From a virus, in the IMG/VR virus record IMGVR_UViG_3300025117_001212: DNA of 28,895 nt. One strand, 5' to 3'. The notes beneath the pieces were generated by a model. It searched no databases, was not told the origin of the DNA, and was given only the letters and a program-made list of their open reading frames with translations. The translations under genes were made by a program, and so were the position numbers. This document shows, one piece after another, positions 1 to 7,327 of this stretch; position 1 is the stretch's first letter, and every line of letters starts with the position of its first letter.

Positions 1-329
1 AAACTTTCTTTAGATTTTCTTTTCTTTTTAAACTTAGGAAATCCAAATTCTGATTTGAAGCAATTTTTTAGTGCTTTATCTAGATCTAAGCATTGTTGTT
101 GAAGTGGTTGGCTAGGAGATAGTTTTAACCATTCATGTTCTTCTTTCAATTTCGGTAACTCTTTACACATATCATACCCGAATAAAAACTTTCCACTCAC
201 AAAATGATGTTTAATATTTCTCATTAACATGTGATTCCAAACAAATCTATTATTACCACAGAACTGATTAAACATCTGTTCTTGTGATGTAGTAGGATAG
301 ATTCTATATGTAAGAGATTTAATAGCCAT
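1..329 (-). mobile_element. tnpB: TnpB (IS200/IS605 OrfB family) RNA-guided endonuclease-like protein, N-terminal part; runs off the window edge; not in the ORF track
   Basis: Hand translation from ATG 329: MAIKSLTYRIYPTTSQEQMFNQFCGNNRFVWNHML...LPKLKEEHEWLKLSPSQPLQQQCLDLDKALKNCFKSEFGFPKFKKK. It carries the OrfB hallmarks YRIYPT, G..RFVWN, LK.E..WL, LQ....L..A and GFPKFKK. GAGG RBS upstream. RuvC domain lies outside the window. Confidence 0.85.
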
Positions 330-340
330 TATATGCCTCA

Positions 341-1324
341 TTATTCCCAAGGTCTTTTAACTGGTTTTGTGTAAGGTTTCCCACTATTGGCTTTCTTAAT
401 AAATTTCCATGTTTTATTGTTTGGCTCAGGCAATGACTCTTTTCCATATTTGTCAGGTAGTAATCCAATTCTATATGATCTTGCATCGCATCCGCGACAC
501 GGATCAAATGTTCGCATACCATGATAAAGTGCTTTTCTTGCTGAACGAAAATATTTATTGTTCCAAATATGATCTATTGATTGATTGTTAATATTTCCAC
601 ATTTATAAATGCCTCTGAAATCCTGACAACAAATAGCAATATTGCCATCCCACCTTACGCTCAGTTCTCTAAATGGTTTAGCGCATCTTTTACCCTCCAT
701 TAAATCACTTTTAGGAAAAGAACATCCCGCATGATTAGTGATAACTGAATTAATCCCTCCAGTTCCTTTAGCTATATCCTCACAAATGACAATCATGTGT
801 TCATTAGGTCTTTTTCTTTGTTGTGGGTTAGCTTTCTTATTTTGAGGATAGAAAAGTATATCATATGGCCCTTTATATTTTTCAATTATTATTTTGATAG
901 TGTTTAAATATTCATAATTATCTAAATGTAAGATATTTATACCAGACTTCATAACTGCATTGATTGAATCTGTAGAATTTTTTATAAATCCATGCCCATT
1001 AGATATCATTAAAAATGATGACTTGAGTAAGTTCTTTCTAAATACTTTGATAATTTCATTGTAGTTTGGATTTAAAGTTGGTTCTCCATGCATACTGAAG
1101 ACTATTCTTGAAGACCATCCTGCAGAACTAATTTGTTTTGCTAAGGTGGTTGCATTTTCTATAGACAAGAATTTATAAGGCTTACTTGCTGTTCCATTCT
1201 TTTTATTCGGGCCGTTTGCTTTGTTATCTCTAATGCCTTGTATTCCACAGAAATAGCAAGATCTATTACAGCCTTCTGTTAATTCTATTTGAATAGAGTA
1301 TGGTGGATCTTGTAGATACTTCAA
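341..1324 (-). CDS. Radical SAM protein with C-terminal SPASM/twitch-type Fe-S domain; candidate DNA base-modification enzyme
   Basis: CxxxCxxC (CNRSCYFC), GEPTL, SNG, and C-terminal CAKPF..LSVRWDG.IAICC...GNI...IWN...PCRGC; TTG start. Confidence 0.9.
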   Translation of the reverse strand: MKYLQDPPYSIQIELTEGCNRSCYFCGIQGIRDNKANGPNKKNGTASKPYKFLSIENATTLAKQISSAGWSSRIVFSMHGEPTLNPNYNEIIKVFRKNLLKSSFLMISNGHGFIKNSTDSINAVMKSGINILHLDNYEYLNTIKIIIEKYKGPYDILFYPQNKKANPQQRKRPNEHMIVICEDIAKGTGGINSVITNHAGCSFPKSDLMEGKRCAKPFRELSVRWDGNIAICCQDFRGIYKCGNINNQSIDHIWNNKYFRSARKALYHGMRTFDPCRGCDARSYRIGLLPDKYGKESLPEPNNKTWKFIKKANSGKPYTKPVKRPWE

Positions 1325-1326
1325 TG

Positions 1327-2649
1327 TTATTTACCTCTAAAGAATGATTCAAATTCTTTTTTAGATTCTTCTAAAAGATTTTTATCAGTTTTTTTGCGTA
1401 CTATCTTTTTATAATATCCACATTTCTTTAATTTAGATAATCTAATAAATTGATTAGCAATGTTTTTTCTTTCGAAAAGTTCTAATAAATCATAGTTATT
1501 ACTTTGTATTAGTTCTGCATCTTGTGTACTCAGTTCATTTGCTAATTCAATATTTTGAGCGTATTCTTTTGGAGTCACTCTGTAGTCAATCATTATATAA
1601 TTTATGTTTGGTTTAAATAGAAAATTTTCACCTTCTAGATTATCTGAAATCCCTTTATTTATTGCTATTGGAATGGTTCCCTGCTTAATTGCTTCTATAA
1701 AAACTCTGTTAAAGTGACCACCATTAATTGCATATTTTTGACTCCATGATGGATCAATTAATGTTCTTATTTTCCTTAATATTTTATCCCTCTTACGTTC
1801 TGAAATAAAACCAAGATAATCCATACCGTAGGTAGTTGCTACTTCCCATATTGGTTTGTCGATGAATTTTTTGTTTAGGTTGGGATCATTTTTTCTATCG
1901 CAAATATATTTAGGTTTGATTTTATTTTTTGAAACCATGTATCTTTGTTCAATACCTCCACCGGCAATATACTTCTTATATTCACTAGGTAAATATGGAA
2001 TTGCTCTTATTAAGTCATCAACACGCTTCAATGCTTTAAAGACTTGTAATGATAAAAACCCTTTATTTCTAAGTTTATAATCATATCTATCTTTTACTTT
2101 AGATAAATCATGAGGATTGAATATCAATGACGTGGGGATTCCGAATTTCTTAGATGTGTTAAAAGCGCATTGATGAACACATGCTAGAGCTGTTATATGA
2201 TCTTTTACTTCTAAGATCCATGGAGTAGAGAGGGCATTTCCATCATGTATTATTGCTATATTCTTTTTACATGCTGTATATAATTCAGGCCAGTCATTAT
2301 TTCCATAATGGGCTCTTAATTTTGTAGGTACAGGTATTTCCCATATTATCATGTCATATTTTGATAATATATCAAGCGTCTTGTTTAAATTGTCCTTACC
2401 TTTATAGGCTAATTTCTCTATCCATGGGCGAGCATTCCATCCGTAATTTTGATGACAAAGTACGAAAGCTCCATTTCTCCAATTCTTATCCTGATTTCTA
2501 GTTTTAACTGAATTAAATTTTGATTGATAGTAAAGAATATGCAAATTAACATCATGGCCTAATTCTCTGAGACCAAATGATAATTGTTCTGTATGATTTA
2601 TTATTCCCCCAAGATCATTGATTGGGTAAAGAGCTAATGCAATTTTCAT
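1327..2649 (-). CDS. GT-B fold glycosyltransferase-like protein
   Basis: N-terminal MKIALAL...GGIINH...L..GL.ELGHDV, IIHDG, KRVDDLIRA, IAGGG, F.RVFIEAI..GTIPI are GT4/GT-B-type motifs. Confidence 0.75.
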   Translation of the reverse strand: MKIALALYPINDLGGIINHTEQLSFGLRELGHDVNLHILYYQSKFNSVKTRNQDKNWRNGAFVLCHQNYGWNARPWIEKLAYKGKDNLNKTLDILSKYDMIIWEIPVPTKLRAHYGNNDWPELYTACKKNIAIIHDGNALSTPWILEVKDHITALACVHQCAFNTSKKFGIPTSLIFNPHDLSKVKDRYDYKLRNKGFLSLQVFKALKRVDDLIRAIPYLPSEYKKYIAGGGIEQRYMVSKNKIKPKYICDRKNDPNLNKKFIDKPIWEVATTYGMDYLGFISERKRDKILRKIRTLIDPSWSQKYAINGGHFNRVFIEAIKQGTIPIAINKGISDNLEGENFLFKPNINYIMIDYRVTPKEYAQNIELANELSTQDAELIQSNNYDLLELFERKNIANQFIRLSKLKKCGYYKKIVRKKTDKNLLEESKKEFESFFRGK

Positions 2650-2707
2650 TACAGGCCTCTTAATATTTTTGGTAGAGCCTTATATTTTGTTGATAATTAG
2701 GTGGGAT

Positions 2708-2741
2708 AAAAAACAGGAAGGGCGGGATATTTCACCCGCCC
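2708..2741 (-). terminator. Rho-independent terminator after the 2760..3899 gene
   Basis: Minus strand GGGCGGG-TGAAATAT-CCCGCCC stem-loop followed by TTCCTGTTTTTT. Confidence 0.75.
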
Positions 2742-2759
2742 CATCTTTAGGTTAAATGA

Positions 2760-3899
2760 TTACTTCTTTTTCTTCTTGTCCTTTTTCTTGTCTTTCTTAC
2801 CCTTCTTTTCTTCCTTACTATCTTTTTCTTTCTTTTTTGCAGCCATTTCAGCCAATTCCTTTCCACGCTTGATTCGATCAGATTTCACATTTTTCGCCAT
2901 TTTAATTGCTTTGGCGAATGCCTTGTCCAACTTGGCGGGCATTTTGTCAGCAATCTTTACACACGCCATAGAAGCATAGGATTCCTTAGTAACTTTGTGG
3001 AAACTACCCCATTCAGGAATGCCTTTAATGTCCATGTCTTTAGCAGAAATTCTGTTAAAGAGAAGTGCAACATCAGTTCCAGATCTTACAATAGAAGCTA
3101 CAATGACTCCATCCTTTTTAAGAACGGTAACTGATGTCTTGTGCTCCACTGTAAGTCCGTTGTTTTCAGCAATTTCGTCAATAAGTTCCTTATGTTTCAG
3201 TGGAACAATGCCACCATCAATAGTTTCTGTATTTTTCTTCTTGAAGGACTTCTTAACTTTCTTTTCTTCTTTTCCGCCCTTCTTACCCTTAGCCTTCTTC
3301 TTATCTTCATCATCGTCATCGTCATTATCATTGTCATCGTTATCGTTGTCATTATCTTCTTCTTTAGCCTTTTTCTTGGAAGCCTTTTTTGTTTCTTTCT
3401 TTACAGCCTTTTTCTTACCCTTAGCTTTCTTCTTACCTTCGTCATCATCATTATCATCATTATCGTTGTTGTCATCATTATCGTTGTTGTCATCATTATC
3501 GTTGTTGTCATCATTATCTTTCTTGTCATCATTATCATTGTTATCGTTATCATTATTGTCATTATCATTGTTGTCATCATTATTGTCATTATTGTCGTTA
3601 TCGTTGTTGTCATCATTATTGTCATTATCTTCTTTAGCCTTCTTCTCTTCCAATTCTTCCTTCTTGCTCTTTTTCTCTTTCTTAGCCATTTTTTTACCCT
3701 CCAATTTTTCCTTTTCTTTATTGTTTTCTGCGGTTGCGATTGCACATTCAGAATCTTCGCCTCCTCCAAAAACTAGGCATTCTTCAGTACAATCAGTGTC
3801 CTTTTTTGAATACCCAATTCCGAAACACTTTGGTTTTTGCTTCTCTCTTACTTCATCCGGTTCCTCCTTTCCTTTTATTTTTTTCTCCTTGCTTGCCAT
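2760..3899 (-). CDS. Highly charged low-complexity protein (Lys/Glu blocks, Asp/Asn repeats, N-terminal 4-Cys motif, folded C-terminal domain); possible nucleoid or DNA-binding protein
   Basis: GGAGG RBS, own promoter and terminator; CFG..C...C..C motif, DNNDND repeats, KKAVKKETKKASKKKAK. Confidence 0.75.
   Translation of the reverse strand: MASKEKKIKGKEEPDEVREKQKPKCFGIGYSKKDTDCTEECLVFGGGEDSECAIATAENNKEKEKLEGKKMAKKEKKSKKEELEEKKAKEDNDNNDDNNDNDNNDNNDDNNDNDNNDNDNNDNDDKKDNDDNNDNDDNNDNDDNNDNDDNDDDEGKKKAKGKKKAVKKETKKASKKKAKEEDNDNDNDDNDNDDDDDEDKKKAKGKKGGKEEKKVKKSFKKKNTETIDGGIVPLKHKELIDEIAENNGLTVEHKTSVTVLKKDGVIVASIVRSGTDVALLFNRISAKDMDIKGIPEWGSFHKVTKESYASMACVKIADKMPAKLDKAFAKAIKMAKNVKSDRIKRGKELAEMAAKKKEKDSKEEKKGKKDKKKDKKKKK
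3454..3518. repeat. 18-bp tandem repeat (TCATCATTATCGTTGTTG, about 3.6 copies) within a larger degenerate D/N-coding tract (about 3305-3630)
   Basis: Exact units at 3454-3471, 3472-3489 and 3490-3507, partial to 3518. Confidence 0.9.
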
Positions 3900-3944
3900 G
3901 TTCCCTCCTAGAATTAAATGGTTGGAGCCTCACTTACTACTGGT

Positions 3945-3973
3945 ATTGTACCACAGACCGTTAACAATTGCAA
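3945..3973 (-). promoter_or_regulatory. Sigma-70-type promoter with extended -10
   Basis: TTGCAA-17 nt-TACAAT with TGTGG immediately before the -10 box. Confidence 0.7.
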
Positions 3974-4003
3974 CAAAAAACTTATACTATTCCGCAGAAC
4001 CTA

Positions 4004-5101
4004 TTAATTAAAAAGTTTTAAACTATTTACGTCCTTCATTTTTGTGACTTTTGTTCTTTTACTTACTATTCTTTCAAATCTCTTTTTTGAATTTATGTCA
4101 TCCGGATCACCCTCTTTCAATTTAACATATGTTATTTTTCCGTCATACCATTCTTTTAATATTTCAACACATTTAATGATTTTAGATAATTTAACATCAG
4201 CATCTAACATGATACACACTTCACTAGGTTCTTTCTCAGCAATGAGAACAGCTTGATCTTCTGATATGGTTGAATGAAATAAACCTATTGCATAATGATT
4301 ATAAATAGTTGTTCTAATTACATCTGTAGATCCTTCGTGTGCGAATAATAACTTACACCCGTAAGGAATATTGTTGTAGTTAAATAACATCCTCGAAAAA
4401 ATAGAACCAAAAGGATTCTTGATCTTCTTTCTTTTTGAATCTAACCCTCTTGATTCTGGATGTTTTTGACTTAATTCTTTTGCAATTTTAAGAGCTTCTT
4501 TGGACATTTGTGAATATGCTATAAATGCCCTATCTTTTTCAGTTTCTACAGGTATTATGATTCTGTTTTTATAGAACCCTTGTGTACATATATGAAATTT
4601 AAATTTCTTAAAGATATTTTCTGGTATTTTCCTCCTTTCTGTAAATCTGTTAGAATGTTTTAGTAACTTACTTCCATGTGGAATATCAATAATTATGGGT
4701 TCATTTTTAATCTTCCCTATGCTAATATTAGTATCTAATTCTTTGATATTTTCAAGTGCTGAAACATATGGAGATCTTTCAATTAAATAGCTTTCATTAA
4801 TAAATGATAGTATCTCAGCTAATGGCCTTTTATAGTGTAAAATTAGAAATGCTTTCCAGTTACCACCAACATTACATCTGTGACAAATAAAAGCCTTATC
4901 TCTATGCTTATCTGTTGAATGCAGATTAACAAACATATGACCTTTAGGATTAGGACAATTATCGGCTATACAGTCAATATTGTATTCTTCACCTCGTGGT
5001 GATTTTACAATCTTACCTTTGAACTCAGATAAAAGAAATTTTTGCCAGTCAAAGTTCATTAACTCTAACACCCTCCCCACATCATATGTCGTCTCTTCCA
5101 C
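4004..5101 (-). CDS. DNA primase (Zn-binding domain + TOPRIM), DnaG-like
   Basis: C....C...H...CHRC Zn ligands, NRIIIPV, HEGSTD, MLDAD, GDPDD; near the helicase. Confidence 0.85.
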   Translation of the reverse strand: MEETTYDVGRVLELMNFDWQKFLLSEFKGKIVKSPRGEEYNIDCIADNCPNPKGHMFVNLHSTDKHRDKAFICHRCNVGGNWKAFLILHYKRPLAEILSFINESYLIERSPYVSALENIKELDTNISIGKIKNEPIIIDIPHGSKLLKHSNRFTERRKIPENIFKKFKFHICTQGFYKNRIIIPVETEKDRAFIAYSQMSKEALKIAKELSQKHPESRGLDSKRKKIKNPFGSIFSRMLFNYNNIPYGCKLLFAHEGSTDVIRTTIYNHYAIGLFHSTISEDQAVLIAEKEPSEVCIMLDADVKLSKIIKCVEILKEWYDGKITYVKLKEGDPDDINSKKRFERIVSKRTKVTKMKDVNSLKLFN

Positions 5102-5370
5102 TGATTATAATTACCTGTCTTTAGCTTGTATCGTTCACGATTTGAGACATATTGAAGCCAGTCCAAAGAACGATGCCGATTAAATGGTCTGAAATTAATC
5201 ATTGGGTCATTGGCTGGTAATTCGATGTTCAAAAAATCATCAAAGGTTTTTGTACTCCATTCATCATCCCATTCCTCATTCCAATCAAGCCAAGCGGCTG
5301 TCGTATTATTTCCTATTGTACGAACAATCCAAATTTTGTGGTCTTTGTCAGGATTATAATTAGCAATCAT
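5065..5370 (-). CDS. Hypothetical protein
   Basis: ATG with AAGG RBS, collinear with the operon. Confidence 0.55.
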   Translation of the reverse strand: MIANYNPDKDHKIWIVRTIGNNTTAAWLDWNEEWDDEWSTKTFDDFLNIELPANDPMINFRPFNRHRSLDWLQYVSNRERYKLKTGNYNQWKRRHMMWGGC

Positions 5371-5411
5371 ACTTTTCTACCTTATTTAGCTTAGGACTAT
5401 TTTATTTATTT

Positions 5412-5464
5412 TTTTAACGTAGAGATCATCGGCGTTCTATGTCTGCTGGAGCTCCTGGTTAACC
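5412..5464 (-). mobile_element. Degenerate attC-like integron cassette recombination site (53 nt)
   Basis: GGTTAAC-CAGGA-GCTCCAGC-14 nt-GATGATC-TCTAC-GTTAAAA gives 7-5-8/7-5-7 spacing; extrahelical C and A on this strand; two mismatches in the L box. Confidence 0.6.
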
Positions 5465-5679
5465 AACTTAGGTTTCGGCAGAATTGCTTCAAATTCATGC
5501 TTCGCGGTTTCAGCATCCGGCCACTCACGTTGATCTGAGTACGTAGGCAACCATCGTTAACAACCGCTCGGGGTAGGGTGGTTAACCAATTCCACTCCGG
5601 ACCACGTTCCATTTTCACGTTGATACGCGGTAATGATTCGCTCGTCTGTGCTACGCATCGCTTCAGTTTGTAGGCTCAT
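5437..5679 (-). pseudogene. 80-codon cassette gene with one in-frame TAA (5557-5559)
   Basis: AAGGA RBS; MSLQTEAMRSTDERIITAYQRENGTWSGVELVNHPTPSGC*RWLPTYSDQREWPDAETAKHEFEAILPKPKLVNQELQQT; fills the space between the two attC-like sites. Confidence 0.65.
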
Positions 5680-5693
5680 AGTTTTCCTTTCAT

Positions 5694-5814
5694 GGCTAAT
5701 GCCAAGATCAGCGGCGGGCTACATGCCCCCGCCAGTCGATTCACCCTTTTCAAACAATTCACTCGGTGTGATCACCGTCACGTTATGCCCGTTCGCTGAA
5801 TCTGGTTGTTGGAG
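5694..5814 (-). mobile_element. attC-like integron cassette recombination site (121 nt), GTT triplet mutated to ATT
   Basis: CTCCAAC-AACCA-GATTCAGC-GAACGGGC...GCCCGCC-GCTGATC-TTGGC-ATTAGCC; L boxes pair perfectly after removing one extrahelical base; a second extrahelical A is present. Confidence 0.7.
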
Positions 5815-5943
5815 GATGTGATTTTGCAATTCGCGCCTTGCCATGATAAGCCCTTCGCAAATTCCCTGTTCAAAATCGCTTGATTCATGAGTCGCTCGAT
5901 GCGTTTCAATTAACTTCCTGATAAGTTCTAGTGCTTGTTTCAT
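5719..5943 (-). CDS. Hypothetical protein (putative cassette gene reading into its attC)
   Basis: GGAGG RBS, ATGA overlap with the upstream gene, elevated GC. Confidence 0.6.
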   Translation of the reverse strand: MKQALELIRKLIETHRATHESSDFEQGICEGLIMARRELQNHILQQPDSANGHNVTVITPSELFEKGESTGGGM

Positions 5944-6266
5944 AATTTCCTCCGTTGTATATCTACTAATGCATTTAGAATATCTAGTGTTTCGTCTAAT
6001 CTTACAATGGCGTTTAGAATTCTTTTAATGGTTTTATGTCCAGTTGTTTGGAGATATTTTACTTGTGCTTCCTCTACGAAACCATCTTCTTCCTCATCAT
6101 CTATATCATCTAAATTTTCAAAAATAGTACAAAAATCATCACTTAAGAAGTTATTTATATCCTCACTAAGATATAATAATATTTGCTTCATTAATTCATG
6201 AATAGAATTATTATCTGAAAGTAAATAATTATTTAATTCCATTTCAGATGGATAAGGCTCCATCAT
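5940..6266 (-). CDS. Hypothetical acidic protein
   Basis: AGGAGG RBS, ATGA overlaps at both ends. Confidence 0.7.
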   Translation of the reverse strand: MMEPYPSEMELNNYLLSDNNSIHELMKQILLYLSEDINNFLSDDFCTIFENLDDIDDEEEDGFVEEAQVKYLQTTGHKTIKRILNAIVRLDETLDILNALVDIQRRKL

Positions 6267-7327
6267 TTTCCTCCTTTGTTGGTGATTAAATATTTAATTA
6301 TAGATGATACAAGATAATTTACATCGATAGACTCATAGCATATTGCAGGTTCATCATTTCCGTTAAATGAAGTACAATCATTTGCTTCCATATATTTTGT
6401 CCTACATGGTGAACAAGTTGCTTTGGTTTTAGGTTCAAACCTTACAAGGTTATCGAATTCTCCAAAATCATCTGATGATGAGTTAGCAAATATTCCATAC
6501 ACTTGTTTACCCATTGCAAGAGCAACATGCATATAATATGATTCGTGAGATATTATAACATCACAAAGATGCATTGCCTCAGCTATTATCTTAGTTTCAT
6601 TATTTTCACATACAAAAGAAAAAATATCTGAATTACGCATTAAACCTGACTCGCCTATTAATGAAGAAAACATTGTTTCTCTAGTTTGATTGCTACCAAA
6701 TAATACGAATTTTGCAGGAAATCCTCTAGATAAAGTCTTTGCGATTTGTTCAAGAAACATAATTGGCGGTTGAGTCAAAACTGATTCTCCATCATCTAAT
6801 ACTATTCCTATTAGATATGAACCTTGTCTTTTTATTTTAGAGTGTACAAAATCAATAGGATGTTCAGGTTTTGAAATTGCATATCTATTTTCAACATATA
6901 AGATATCATTATTATTCTTTTTAAAAGAAAATTTAACTTCAGATCCGTTAATCATAATAGATTCATTATTAAATAACGAAATAATGTTTAATCCTATAGG
7001 CTTGTTCATCCAGTAGAAAAAAGCATTTCCAAATTCGCCATATGAAGCGTTAATTATTGTGTCAAAATTTCTTTTAGAAAGAATAATGGTATTTTCTGCA
7101 TTAAGAGTATAGAATTTATTTACTAAGACACTTGGGAAAATATCCCTATTTGATTCTTCAGATACCACTGTTAATTTGTATGGATTACCATCATATAGTG
7201 TATCAATTATATTAATTAATACAGTATCAGAAATTACCTTTCTTCTTAATCCATTTGATACTAACAATACTTCATTACCTTTTTGATTAATCATCATCTT
7301 CTGATTCATTAGTTTCTCCCCCTCCAA
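6263..7327 (-). CDS. Glycosyltransferase family 9 (heptosyltransferase)-like protein, divergent; true start probably near 7308
   Basis: CDVIISHESYYMHVALAMGKQVYGIF resembles the GT9 D..I..DS..MH.A.A.G.....FG motif; C-terminal CSPC..C..C...I.V..L tail. Confidence 0.65.
   Translation of the reverse strand: MEGEKLMNQKMMINQKGNEVLLVSNGLRRKVISDTVLINIIDTLYDGNPYKLTVVSEESNRDIFPSVLVNKFYTLNAENTIILSKRNFDTIINASYGEFGNAFFYWMNKPIGLNIISLFNNESIMINGSEVKFSFKKNNNDILYVENRYAISKPEHPIDFVHSKIKRQGSYLIGIVLDDGESVLTQPPIMFLEQIAKTLSRGFPAKFVLFGSNQTRETMFSSLIGESGLMRNSDIFSFVCENNETKIIAEAMHLCDVIISHESYYMHVALAMGKQVYGIFANSSSDDFGEFDNLVRFEPKTKATCSPCRTKYMEANDCTSFNGNDEPAICYESIDVNYLVSSIIKYLITNKGGK

Noticed and set aside
2653-2680. AGGCTCT / AGAGGCCT hairpin over the GT-B Shine-Dalgarno
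   Set aside because: Only 7 bp with a bulge and a long AT loop; could be chance.
3305-3630. CRISPR array or iteron origin in the repeat tract
   Set aside because: No unique spacers; units are multiples of three inside a coding frame.
2995-4011. Long plus-strand ORFs (2995..4011, 3141..3776) and alternate-frame 3401..3769
   Set aside because: Stop-free shadows of the low-complexity K/D/N repeat gene; no RBS and implausible S/L/F/I composition.
5456-5588. Palindrome TGGTTAACCA twice plus a third GTTAAC
   Set aside because: One copy is the attC R'' box, one encodes LVN and one arises from the nonsense change; no independent sign of an operator.
5406-5618. Track ORF MKMERG...
   Set aside because: The frame from ATG 5679 has an RBS and fits between the attC-like sites, so it explains the region better.
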